Positions 7,491 through 16,725 of a DNA stretch of 64,000 nt are shown piece after piece (position 1 is the stretch's first letter; every line of letters starts with the position of its first letter). Below the pieces are notes generated by a model. It was not told the DNA's origin and ran no database searches. It saw only the letters and a list, made by a program, of their open reading frames with translations. A program made the translations under genes and the position numbers. The stretch is from Campylobacterales bacterium (GTDB lineage Bacteria > Campylobacterota > Campylobacteria > Campylobacterales > Arcobacteraceae), in contig JBBRXF010000001.1 of assembly GCA_038248665.1 (NCBI GenBank), positions 91,083 to 155,082 on the forward strand, given 5' to 3'.

Positions 7491-8822
7491 ATGGTAGAAA
7501 GATACGCAAGAGTTGAAATGAGTTCAAAGTGGACACAAGAAGCAAGATATGCAGCTTGGCTAGAAGTAGAAAAGGCAGCTGTAAAAGCTTGGAATAAACT
7601 AGGACTTATTCCAGATGAAGATTGCGAAAAAATAGTAAAAAATGCAACTTTTTCAGTAGAAAGAATTGAAGAAATTGAAGCTGTTACAAAACATGATTTA
7701 ATTGCATTTAATACAAGCGTATCTGAATCTTTAGGTGAAGAATCAAGATGGTTCCACTATGGAATGACATCTTCTGATGCTGTTGATACAGGTGTTGCAA
7801 TTCAAATGAGAGACTCTTTAAAAATAATTATTGAAGATGTAAAAATGCTAATGGAGTCTATTAAAACAAGAGCCTATGAGCATAAAATGACTTTAATGGT
7901 TGGAAGAAGCCACGGTATTCATGGTGAGCCAATAACTTTTGGTTTAACATTAGCTGTTTGGTATGATGAAGTTGCTCGTCATCTTTTAAATCTTGAGCAA
8001 ACAATGGAAGTTATCGCTGTTGGTCAAATCTCAGGAGCTATGGGTAACTTTGCTCACGCACCACTTGAGCTTGAAGAGTATGCAATGGCAGAACTAGGAC
8101 TTAAACCAGAACCTTGTTCAAATCAAGTAATCCATAGAGATAGATATGCAAGACTTGCAACTGCTTTAGCACTACTTGCATCTTCAGTTGAAAAATTTGC
8201 TGTTCAAGTAAGACATTTACAAAGAACAGAAGTTTATGAGTGTGAAGAGTATTTTGCAAAAGGTCAAAAAGGTTCTTCTGCAATGCCACATAAAAGAAAT
8301 CCAATTTTAACAGAAAACATAACTGGACTTGCTAGAATGATTAGATCATATGCAATTCCTGCTATGGAAAATGTTGCTTTATGGCATGAAAGAGATATTT
8401 CTCACTCTTCAACAGAGAGATTTTGGTTACCAGATGCATTTATCACAACAGATTTTATGTTACACAGAATGAATAGTGTAATTGCAAACTTAACAGTTAT
8501 GCCTGAAAATATGATGAAAAATTTAAACCTAACTGGTGGATTAGTATTCTCTCAAAGAGTATTATTAGAACTTCCATTACAAGGTGTAAGTAGAGAAGAT
8601 GCATATAGAATTATCCAAAGAAATGCAATGAAAGTTTGGGAAGAGATTCAACATGGAAAACCTACAACAAATGAAAAAGGTGAGTCTTTATATTTACAAT
8701 ACCTTTTAGCTGATGATGAGTTAAGAAATTCATTAAGTGAAGAGCAAATAAGAGAGTGTTTCAGTTTTGATTATTACACAAAAAATGTAGATGGAATTTT
8801 CAACAGAGTATTCAACAAATAA
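7491..8822 (+). CDS. purB: Adenylosuccinate lyase
   Basis: 443 aa. It has the fumarate-lyase signature GSSAMPHKRNP and a PurB-type N-terminus (ERY...M...W). Confidence 0.95.
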   Translation: MVERYARVEMSSKWTQEARYAAWLEVEKAAVKAWNKLGLIPDEDCEKIVKNATFSVERIEEIEAVTKHDLIAFNTSVSESLGEESRWFHYGMTSSDAVDTGVAIQMRDSLKIIIEDVKMLMESIKTRAYEHKMTLMVGRSHGIHGEPITFGLTLAVWYDEVARHLLNLEQTMEVIAVGQISGAMGNFAHAPLELEEYAMAELGLKPEPCSNQVIHRDRYARLATALALLASSVEKFAVQVRHLQRTEVYECEEYFAKGQKGSSAMPHKRNPILTENITGLARMIRSYAIPAMENVALWHERDISHSSTERFWLPDAFITTDFMLHRMNSVIANLTVMPENMMKNLNLTGGLVFSQRVLLELPLQGVSREDAYRIIQRNAMKVWEEIQHGKPTTNEKGESLYLQYLLADDELRNSLSEEQIRECFSFDYYTKNVDGIFNRVFNK

Positions 8823-8850
8823 TATAAAATATAAATCGCAAGGTAATAAC

Positions 8851-11235
8851 ATGGGAATTATGATAAAAAAAAGAAATGGTCGTAAAGAAGTTTTAGATAT
8901 TACTAAAATCCAAAAAATGACTATTGAATCAACTGTTGATTTAGATGGTGTATCTCAAAGTGAACTAGAACTTGATGCTCAAATTAAATTCATTGATGGA
9001 ATGAGTTCTTCTGATATTCAAGATGCACTTATCAAAACAGCCGTTGAAAAAATCGATATAGATGTTCCAAATTGGACATTTGTTGCGGCAAGATTATTTG
9101 TTTTTGATTTATACCATAGAGTTGGAAAAGCAACTCATGGAATCAAAGGTGAACCTTATTGCCATTTAAAAGATTATTTAAAATATGGAAAAGATGCAGG
9201 AAGATTAATTCCTAATCTTGGTGAAGGTTATGATTTAGATGATTTAAACTCTTATATTGAGCCAAAAAGAGATTTTTTATTCAACTATTTAGGAATTAAA
9301 ACTCTATATGATAGATATTTAATCAAAAACAATAAAGCAGAACCAATAGAGTTACCACAACACATGTTTATGGCAATTGCTATGTTTTTAGCTCAAAATG
9401 AAACAAATAAACAAGAATGTGCAAAACAATTTTATGATGTTGTTTCTAAATTTGAAGTAATGCTTGCAACTCCAACTTTATCAAATGCTAGAACAAATAG
9501 ACATCAATTAAGTTCATGTTATATTGGAAGTTCTCCTGATAATATCGAGGGAATTTTTGATGGTTACAAAGAGATGGCACTATTATCTAAATTTGGTGGA
9601 GGAATCGGTTGGGATTGGAATCAAATCAGAGCTTTAGGTGGTGTTATTGATGACCATAAAAGTGCTGCTGGTGGAACAGTTCCATTTCTTAAAATCACAA
9701 ATGATATTGCACTAGCTGTTGACCAACTAGGAACTAGAAAAGGTGCAATTGCAGTCTATCTTGAGCCTTGGCACATGGATATTGTGGATTTCATTGATTT
9801 AAAGAAAAACTCTGGTGAAGAAAGAAGAAGAGCTCATGATTTATTCCCAGCTCTATGGATTACAGATTTATTTATGGAAAGAGTTTTAGAAGATGCTCAT
9901 TGGACTTTATTTGACCCTTATGAAGTAAAAGATTTATCTGAGCTTTATGGTGATGAGTTCAAAAAAAGATATACAGAATATGAAAATGATGAATCAATTA
10001 CAAAAAACATAATGAAAGCAAAAGATTTATGGAAAAAAGTTTTAACTTCATATTTTGAATCTGGAAGTCCATTCTTATGTTTCAAAGATACAGCAAATAG
10101 AGCAAATCCAAATTCACATGTTGGACATATTAGAAGCTCAAATCTTTGTACAGAGATTTTCCAAAATACAAAACCTAATCACTATAAAATCAAATTAGAG
10201 TTTGTAGATGGAAGCATTGAAACTTATGAAGAAGAAGAGTTAATCATTGTTGATGGTGGAATCACTAAAAAAGCAAATAAAGTTTCAGCACTTGATAGTG
10301 TAAATGGTAAAAAAGTATTTATCGTTGAAAAAGAAAAAATTGATGGTGACACAGCTGTTTGTAACTTAGCATCTGTAAATCTTTCAAGAATTAACACAAA
10401 AGAAGACATCGAAAGAGTTGTTCCTATAGCTGTTAGAATGCTTGATAATGTTATTGATTTAAATTTCTATCCATTAAGAAAAGTAAAAGCAACAAACTTA
10501 AAATCAAGAAGTATAGGTCTGGGTGTTATGGGTGAGGCTGAAATGTTAGCTGAATACAGACTTGTTTGGGGTTCAAATGAACACTTCAAAAAAATCGACC
10601 AAATTATGGAAGCAATTTCATATAATGCAATTAAATCAAGTTCAGATTTAGCGACACAAAAAGGTATTTATCCAACTTTTGAAGGTTCTAAATGGTCTTT
10701 AGGTATTATGCCACATGACCACGCTCCTCAAGCTGTAAATGCTCTTGTTGATAAAGATTTATTTGATGCTTCTTATGATTGGGATGTTTTAAGAGAAAAA
10801 GTAAAAAAAGATGGAATGAGAAATGGTTACTTAATGGCTGTTGCTCCAACTTCATCTATTTCAATTCTTGTTGGAACTACACAAGCTATTGAGCCAGTTT
10901 ATAAAAGAAAATGGTTTGAAGAGAACTTATCAGGATTAATTCCAGTTGTTGTTCCAAAACTATCTCCTGAAACTTGGAATTATTACACACCTGCTTTTGA
11001 AATTGACCAATTACAAGTTATTAAAGCAGCAGCAATTAGACAAAAATGGATAGACCAAGGTCAATCTACAAATATCTTCATGAGCTTAGATAAAGCAAGT
11101 GGAAAATACTTACATGAAATCTATACATTAGCTTGGAAATTAGGACTTAAATCAACATATTATTTAAGAAGCCAATCACCTGAAGCAAAAAATGATGTAG
11201 AAGATAGAAGTATGGAGTGTAGCGGTTGTCAATAG
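8851..11235 (+). CDS. nrdA: Class Ia ribonucleotide reductase alpha subunit
   Basis: It has an ATP-cone N-terminus (KRNGRKEVLDITKI), the active-site NLCTEI and a C-terminal CSGCQ pair. I moved the start to the ATG at 8851, which has an AAGG RBS. The 8791 ORF start overlaps purB. Confidence 0.95.
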   Translation: MGIMIKKRNGRKEVLDITKIQKMTIESTVDLDGVSQSELELDAQIKFIDGMSSSDIQDALIKTAVEKIDIDVPNWTFVAARLFVFDLYHRVGKATHGIKGEPYCHLKDYLKYGKDAGRLIPNLGEGYDLDDLNSYIEPKRDFLFNYLGIKTLYDRYLIKNNKAEPIELPQHMFMAIAMFLAQNETNKQECAKQFYDVVSKFEVMLATPTLSNARTNRHQLSSCYIGSSPDNIEGIFDGYKEMALLSKFGGGIGWDWNQIRALGGVIDDHKSAAGGTVPFLKITNDIALAVDQLGTRKGAIAVYLEPWHMDIVDFIDLKKNSGEERRRAHDLFPALWITDLFMERVLEDAHWTLFDPYEVKDLSELYGDEFKKRYTEYENDESITKNIMKAKDLWKKVLTSYFESGSPFLCFKDTANRANPNSHVGHIRSSNLCTEIFQNTKPNHYKIKLEFVDGSIETYEEEELIIVDGGITKKANKVSALDSVNGKKVFIVEKEKIDGDTAVCNLASVNLSRINTKEDIERVVPIAVRMLDNVIDLNFYPLRKVKATNLKSRSIGLGVMGEAEMLAEYRLVWGSNEHFKKIDQIMEAISYNAIKSSSDLATQKGIYPTFEGSKWSLGIMPHDHAPQAVNALVDKDLFDASYDWDVLREKVKKDGMRNGYLMAVAPTSSISILVGTTQAIEPVYKRKWFEENLSGLIPVVVPKLSPETWNYYTPAFEIDQLQVIKAAAIRQKWIDQGQSTNIFMSLDKASGKYLHEIYTLAWKLGLKSTYYLRSQSPEAKNDVEDRSMECSGCQ

Positions 11236-11310
11236 GATAACCTTACACTTTTTCAATACAAATAACCATTCAAACATAATAAAATTTTAGAAAAAAGCAG
11301 AGGACTTCAA

Positions 11311-12330
11311 ATGGAGCGAAAAACCATATATAACCCAGACTCAAAAGAGAGCCTAAACGATAGAAGAATTTTTGGTGGAAATAGTGATGGAATGATTAAT
11401 TTTACTAAAATGAAATATCAATGGGCATTAAATCTTTGGGATACAATGGAAGCTAATACTTGGTTTCCAAAAGAAGTTCAAATGACAGGTGATGCAAAAG
11501 ATTATAAGTTTTTAACAGAACCTGAAAAAAGAATGTACGATTTAGTTTTATCTCAACTTATTTTTATGGATTCATTACAAACAAATAATCTAATGGATAA
11601 TATAAATCCATATATCACAGCTCCTGAAATAAACGCTTGTCTTTCAAGACAATCTTATGAAGAGGCAAATCATAGTAAATCTTACGCAGTTATGGTTGAG
11701 TCAATTTCTGATAACACAGACCAAATCTATGATATGTGGAAAAATGATGCAAAACTAAGAGAAAAAAACAATTATATAGCAGCTGTTTATAAAAACCTTT
11801 CGGGTGAAATTACAGATGAAAAAATCGTTTTAGCACTTTTTGCAAATCAGATTTTAGAAGGATTATACTTTTATGCAGGATTTGCAGCTATGTATGCCCT
11901 TGGAAAATCAGGAAAAATGCTTGGAAGTTCACAAATGATTAGATTTATCCAAAGAGATGAAGTAACTCACCTTTTACTTTTCCAAAACATGATAAACAGT
12001 GTTAGAAAAGAAAGACCAGAACTATTCACAGCCCAGCTTGAAGAGACTGTAAGAGGAATGTTCAGAAAAGCAGTAGAACTAGAATCAGCTTGGGGTTCAT
12101 ATATCACTCAAGGACAAATCTTAGGTTTTACAGATGCAATTATCAAACAATATATTCAATACCTAGCAGACAAAAGATTAGACGCAGTTGGATATAAACC
12201 AGAATACAATGTAAAACACCCTATTCCATGGGTTGATGGATACGCAAGTTTTAATGACCAAAGAACGAATTTCTTTGAAGGAAATGTAGTGAATTATTCA
12301 AAAGGAAGCATCGACTTCGACGATTTTTAA
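11311..12330 (+). CDS. nrdB: Class Ia ribonucleotide reductase beta subunit
   Basis: The di-iron ligand motifs EEANHSKSY and RDEVTHL and the acidic C-terminal tail DFDDF are present. Confidence 0.95.
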   Translation: MERKTIYNPDSKESLNDRRIFGGNSDGMINFTKMKYQWALNLWDTMEANTWFPKEVQMTGDAKDYKFLTEPEKRMYDLVLSQLIFMDSLQTNNLMDNINPYITAPEINACLSRQSYEEANHSKSYAVMVESISDNTDQIYDMWKNDAKLREKNNYIAAVYKNLSGEITDEKIVLALFANQILEGLYFYAGFAAMYALGKSGKMLGSSQMIRFIQRDEVTHLLLFQNMINSVRKERPELFTAQLEETVRGMFRKAVELESAWGSYITQGQILGFTDAIIKQYIQYLADKRLDAVGYKPEYNVKHPIPWVDGYASFNDQRTNFFEGNVVNYSKGSIDFDDF

Positions 12331-12359
12331 AAAAAGAAGATTTTCTAATCTTTCTTTTT
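12331..12359 (+). terminator. Rho-independent terminator after nrdB
   Basis: AAAAAGAAGATT / AATCTTTCTTTTT form an imperfect hairpin (one bulge) with a TTCT loop, starting right after the stop codon. Confidence 0.5.
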
Positions 12360-12487
12360 GCCAATCTCTGCGTTGGCGCTCGTATTTTATGGACTCACTT
12401 ACTCTAGTAAGCTCCTCCCTAAAATCCAATCACCGCCTTGACCTTAACAAAAATAAAAATCATAAAATCTCTTTTTGGAGAACTTAA

Positions 12488-13405
12488 TTGGAAGAAATTT
12501 ATAAAAGTAACTTTTTTGATTTATTTGAATTTACAATTGAAGATACTTTTGCTACAAGAGTAAATTTACAGGTAGATGGTGAGTTTTATCATAAAGGATT
12601 TATTTTTAATCAGAATGATAAATGTGGAGGATGGGATTTATATAAATATATAAATCATATTGCGTTGATAAAGTATAATTCAAAATTAGATTGCTGGGAA
12701 TTAGTTTTTTTCTCTTCTAATGAAAGTTCAAATAAGCTTATATCATATGTTCAACCAGAAATAGAAATATATCGTTTTTCAAAATTGGAATATTTAGAAA
12801 AATCCTTACTTCAAGGAACTTTTTTACTAAGACCTTCAATATACTATTTAAAGAATGAACATTGTAAAGCAAGATTGGATAATGAACATATAAATGAAAG
12901 ATTCATTGGGACTGCAGAAGTCAAAGGTATAACTAAAAATGAGTGTCATAAAGTTTCTAATTTACGTGTAACTCAAATTGATTCCAACTTAAATCAATAT
13001 ATGTTATGTTTTTCTTACTCTTATGATACAAGATTATATAAAGAGTTTGAAGGTAGTGACGCATGTTTAGTTATCACAAATGTAGATGAATTCTATAAAA
13101 GAATAGAAAAGGAACTACAGGGATATCTCTGTATATCTAAAAGAGTTTCTTACAGTACAATTATGGATAACCTTGGATTAATGTTTACTAAAGATATAAA
13201 TTATTTTATACAAAAAGAGTATAGATATGTTTGGACTAATTTTGATAATCCCATATTATGTAATCCTCAAGACCTTTTTAATTCAAATATAAAACATATT
13301 GAAGAACTTATTCCAAATAATATAAAGATAAATATCGGTTCTATCGAAGATATTGCATATATTCTAGATAAAGAAGGTAATAAAATAAATCCTAAACTTT
13401 GTTAA
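12488..13405 (+). CDS. Hypothetical protein, DUF2971-like core with a ~90-aa N-terminal extension
   Basis: 305 aa. TTG start with GGAG 7 nt upstream. Three segments recall the DUF2971 pattern: YRFSKLEYLEKSLLQGTFLLRPSIYYLKNE...DNEH, YMLCFSYSYD...ACLVI and KEYRYVW. This is pattern recognition only. Confidence 0.45.
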   Translation: MEEIYKSNFFDLFEFTIEDTFATRVNLQVDGEFYHKGFIFNQNDKCGGWDLYKYINHIALIKYNSKLDCWELVFFSSNESSNKLISYVQPEIEIYRFSKLEYLEKSLLQGTFLLRPSIYYLKNEHCKARLDNEHINERFIGTAEVKGITKNECHKVSNLRVTQIDSNLNQYMLCFSYSYDTRLYKEFEGSDACLVITNVDEFYKRIEKELQGYLCISKRVSYSTIMDNLGLMFTKDINYFIQKEYRYVWTNFDNPILCNPQDLFNSNIKHIEELIPNNIKINIGSIEDIAYILDKEGNKINPKLC

Positions 13406-13532
13406 TTCGATTGATTACTTTTTTTGTTTTACTTATTCTATTTTTTTTCTGATGTTTCATTTTTCATTGTTATTTCAATAACAAACTTTTTAGTTAAAAT
13501 ACTATTAGAAAATAGTTGGAGAAATATTTAAA

Positions 13533-13922
13533 ATGATAAAAATAAGCCATTTAGACCATTTAGTTTTAACAGTAAAAAATATAGATAAAACAGTAGATTT
13601 CTATACAAATGTTTTGGGTATGGAAAAAGAGATTTTTAAAGGCACAAGGGTTGCTCTAAAATTTGGTAATCAAAAAATCAATCTACACTTATTAGGAAGC
13701 GAATTTGAGCCAAAAGCGTTTAATGTTAAAGATGGTAGTGCTGATTTGTGTTTTATCATAAATACGCCTTTAAATGAAGCAAAAAACTATATAGAGTCTT
13801 TAGATATAAAAATTGAAGAGGGAATCGTAAGTCGAACGGGAGCTATGGGTGAAATAGAATCTATTTATTTACGAGACCCTGATAAAAATCTTATTGAGCT
13901 ATCAAACTATAAAAGCAAGTAA
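13533..13922 (+). CDS. VOC (glyoxalase/bleomycin-resistance/dioxygenase) family protein
   Basis: 129 aa. The LDHLVLTVKNIDKTVDFYTNVLGM start and the C-terminal YLRDPDKNLIEL are typical of the VOC fold. Confidence 0.8.
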   Translation: MIKISHLDHLVLTVKNIDKTVDFYTNVLGMEKEIFKGTRVALKFGNQKINLHLLGSEFEPKAFNVKDGSADLCFIINTPLNEAKNYIESLDIKIEEGIVSRTGAMGEIESIYLRDPDKNLIELSNYKSK

Positions 13923-13935
13923 AACTTGCTTTTAT

Positions 13936-14424
13936 TTAAAACTTCGTTTCATCGTGATAAAACTTATTAACCCCATTAAATCCCTCTAAAAAATATAAAA
14001 AGTGATTAACTTCTTCTATCTCTTTTTCTGTGATTTTGCCTTTCATTGAGGGCATTACTTTAAAGTGTCGGATTACTCCCTCTAAACAGATAGTTTTTGA
14101 TAAATCTGGATTGTATAAATAGTCTTTTAGAAACTCATTTGTTTGGTGCAGATGAAACTCCATATCTTCTTTATTTCCAATTTGTTGTTTTAGTCTAAAT
14201 GAGATTTCATTTCCTGTTGGAGCTTTTAAATTTAGGGTTTTATTGTTTTCTTCGATAAAGTTTTTCATTAAGAGTGGAATTGGCATTGATTTTTGATGAC
14301 ACTCCATACACTTGTTTTCAAAGATTTTTTCACCACTATTATAAATATCTCTATTGAACTCTTCTGGTAATTCATTGGCAAACATAGAGCCTATAAAGGC
14401 AAGGTTTAATGCTATTTTTTTCAT
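13936..14424 (-). CDS. Periplasmic mono-haem c-type cytochrome-like protein
   Basis: It has a signal-peptide-like N-terminus and a single CMECH haem-binding motif. Confidence 0.65.
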   Translation of the reverse strand: MKKIALNLAFIGSMFANELPEEFNRDIYNSGEKIFENKCMECHQKSMPIPLLMKNFIEENNKTLNLKAPTGNEISFRLKQQIGNKEDMEFHLHQTNEFLKDYLYNPDLSKTICLEGVIRHFKVMPSMKGKITEKEIEEVNHFLYFLEGFNGVNKFYHDETKF

Positions 14425-14510
14425 AGTAACTCCTTTTTATAAATTCTAGCACAAAATTAAATATATTAAATTGTTTTGATAAAATTAATAAAATATAAAA
14501 AAGGTAATTT

Positions 14511-14981
14511 ATGGCTTTAGAAATAGAAAGAAAATATCTTGTTGATTTAGAAAAACTTGGTACTTTAGAAAATGGAACTAGAATAAAACAAGCTTATCTT
14601 TCAACAAATAAGGAAGCAGTTGTAAGAGTTAGAGTTAAAAATGACAAAGCATATCTAACAATAAAAGGCTCAAATATTGGAGTTACAAGATTAGAGTTTG
14701 AATATGAAATTCCGTTAGATGAAGCAAATGAGATGTTAGATAAATTATGTCAAAAACCAGTGATTGATAAAACAAGATATTTGATAAATCATGAAAATCA
14801 TATTTGGGAACTTGATGTCTTTTATGGAGAGAATGAGGGTTTAGTTGTAGTTGAAGTTGAACTTTCAAGTGAAGATGAAACTATAATTTTGCCTTCTTGG
14901 GTAAAAGAAGAAGTAACAACAGACGCAAGATATTACAACTCAAATCTTATGAAACACCCATTCAAAGATTGGCAAAAATAA
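14511..14981 (+). CDS. CYTH-domain protein (triphosphatase / CyaB-like)
   Basis: 156 aa. It starts with the EIERKYLV (ExExK) signature of the CYTH domain. Confidence 0.8.
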   Translation: MALEIERKYLVDLEKLGTLENGTRIKQAYLSTNKEAVVRVRVKNDKAYLTIKGSNIGVTRLEFEYEIPLDEANEMLDKLCQKPVIDKTRYLINHENHIWELDVFYGENEGLVVVEVELSSEDETIILPSWVKEEVTTDARYYNSNLMKHPFKDWQK

Positions 14982-15003
14982 AGGGAAATTATATCCCTTT
15001 ATT

Positions 15004-16329
15004 TTAAGCTATTAAAAGTTTTTTTAAATCATCTTTTGCATTTGTTGTAAGTGTTAGATTAAAGTTTTCTGCTAAGAAGTTGAAAATATCTTCATTTACG
15101 AATTGTGGAGGTTTTGGTCCTAAATAGATATTTTGTACACCTAAAGAGAATAAAGCGAGTAAAACAATCACAGCTTTTTGTTCCATCCAAGATAATACAA
15201 TTGATATTGGTAAATCATTGATTGGAGTGTTTAATGCTCCGCTTAAAGCTTTAGCAATTTCAACTGCACCATTTGAGTCATTACATTGACCTAAGTCTAA
15301 ATATCTTGGAATTCCAGTTCCTTCAATTTCTCCAAAATCAATATCATTGAATCTGAATTTACCACAAGATGAAGTGATGATTACACAATCTTTTGGTAAA
15401 GATGAAGTTAATTCTCTATAATATTCTCCACCTTTCCCTGGTGCATCACAACCAGCAACTACGAAGAATTGTTTAATTTTTCCTTCTTCTAATGCTTTTA
15501 AAATTTGTGGAGCTAAAGTAAGAACTGTTTTATAATGATGACCAGTTGTTAATGTTGTATCTTCATTAAAATCAATTCCATTTGCATCAGGGCACTCTAA
15601 AGTTCTTTTGATTAAAGCATCAAAGTTATCATTTTCAATAGGAGTTGAACCCTCAACACCTACAATTTTGTAAGTGAATAATCTATCTAAATACCCACAA
15701 TTTTTCTTTGGAGGAACAATACAATTTGTATTTACTACAAAAGTTCCAGGGAATTTCTCCATTAGTTTTGCTTGGTCAAACCATGCTTTTCCTACATTTC
15801 CTTTTAGGTGTTTATATTTTCTTAGTTCTGGGTAACCATGAGCTGGTAACATTTCAGAGTGAGTGTAAATATTTATACCTTTATCTTGTGTAGCTATTAA
15901 CAGTCTTTCAAACATCTCTAAATCATGTCCAGAAACTAAAATAGCTTTTCCCTCAACTTTATTCTGAGTTACTGTAACAGGAGTTGGAATACCAAATTTA
16001 TTAGTGTGAGTATTTGATAATCTATCCATTACTAAACTTCCAGCTCGTCCAATTTTCATTAGTTGATTGATATGGTCGTTGAAGTTGAAGTTTACATTTG
16101 TAAGAGTGAAATAAAGTGTTTCACTCATAACATCATCAATCTCTTTTGTAAGTTCTGGTTTAAAAGTATTTAAATGCTCTCTATATGCACTAAGACCTTT
16201 TAATCCAAAAATCATAATATCTTGAAGTCTTGAAAGATTTTCATCTTTTCCACAAGTTCCAACAACTGCACCAGTACTTCCACATCCACCTTTTTGACTC
16301 ATTTCACATTGATAACAAAACATACTCAT
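15004..16329 (-). CDS. hcp: Hybrid-cluster protein (hydroxylamine reductase), short form
   Basis: The N-terminal CYQCEMS...GCG...GTCGK Cys cluster and Hcp-like body are present. At 441 aa it is about 100 aa shorter than E. coli-type Hcp. Confidence 0.85.
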   Translation of the reverse strand: MSMFCYQCEMSQKGGCGSTGAVVGTCGKDENLSRLQDIMIFGLKGLSAYREHLNTFKPELTKEIDDVMSETLYFTLTNVNFNFNDHINQLMKIGRAGSLVMDRLSNTHTNKFGIPTPVTVTQNKVEGKAILVSGHDLEMFERLLIATQDKGINIYTHSEMLPAHGYPELRKYKHLKGNVGKAWFDQAKLMEKFPGTFVVNTNCIVPPKKNCGYLDRLFTYKIVGVEGSTPIENDNFDALIKRTLECPDANGIDFNEDTTLTTGHHYKTVLTLAPQILKALEEGKIKQFFVVAGCDAPGKGGEYYRELTSSLPKDCVIITSSCGKFRFNDIDFGEIEGTGIPRYLDLGQCNDSNGAVEIAKALSGALNTPINDLPISIVLSWMEQKAVIVLLALFSLGVQNIYLGPKPPQFVNEDIFNFLAENFNLTLTTNAKDDLKKLLIA

Positions 16330-16386
16330 AATATAAAATCCTTTTAAATTTTTCTGGGATTATATGGTTTTATAAAGAACGTTACA

Positions 16387-16400
16387 TTGATACAAATCAA
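16387..16400. promoter_or_regulatory. Perfect FNR/CRP-family palindrome TTGAT-N4-ATCAA
   Basis: TTGATACAAATCAA lies 58-71 nt upstream of the hcp start codon, in the divergent hcp / 16465 intergenic region. Confidence 0.5.
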
Positions 16401-16464
16401 TACAAGTTTATGTTTTGTAAGTTATAAAATCCTAGAATACGAACTTTAGATTAAAGGATTATTT

Positions 16465-16725
16465 ATGTCAAAAGAGAGAATTAAAGATTTTATAGACAAA
16501 CAATTTGAAAATTTAGATGATTTTTCTTATAAAGTAGAATCTGATGAAAATCATATTTATGCAATTTTTACAGAAGTTTTAAGTGAAAAGGTAAATTTAG
16601 AATTAACTTTTAAACTATTAGATGATGTTTTATATCTGCACTCGATTACTTATGGTTGGAAACCAGTAGAAAAAGGTGTTGCTAATAAATATTTTTGGAT
16701 AGAACTTTTAAAAACAGTATCTTAA
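16465..16725 (+). CDS. Hypothetical 86-aa protein
   Basis: ORF with an AAAGGA RBS. I recognise no motif. Its 3' end overlaps the convergent gene by 4 nt. Confidence 0.45.
   Translation: MSKERIKDFIDKQFENLDDFSYKVESDENHIYAIFTEVLSEKVNLELTFKLLDDVLYLHSITYGWKPVEKGVANKYFWIELLKTVS

Noticed and set aside
8791-8850. Extended N-terminus of nrdA overlapping purB
   Set aside because: The extension (MEFSTEYSTNNIKYKSQGNN) has no RNR similarity and no RBS. The ATG at 8851 has an AAGG RBS and begins the ATP-cone. For the same reason I shortened the 24773-25633 ORF (SurA-like chaperone, start moved to 25597) and the 38706-39206 ORF (accB, start moved to 38742).
14511-14981. CYTH protein as a signalling cyclase of a defence system
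   Set aside because: It is a stand-alone 156-aa CYTH domain with no effector or sensor neighbours, flanked by unrelated redox genes. It is most simply a housekeeping triphosphatase.
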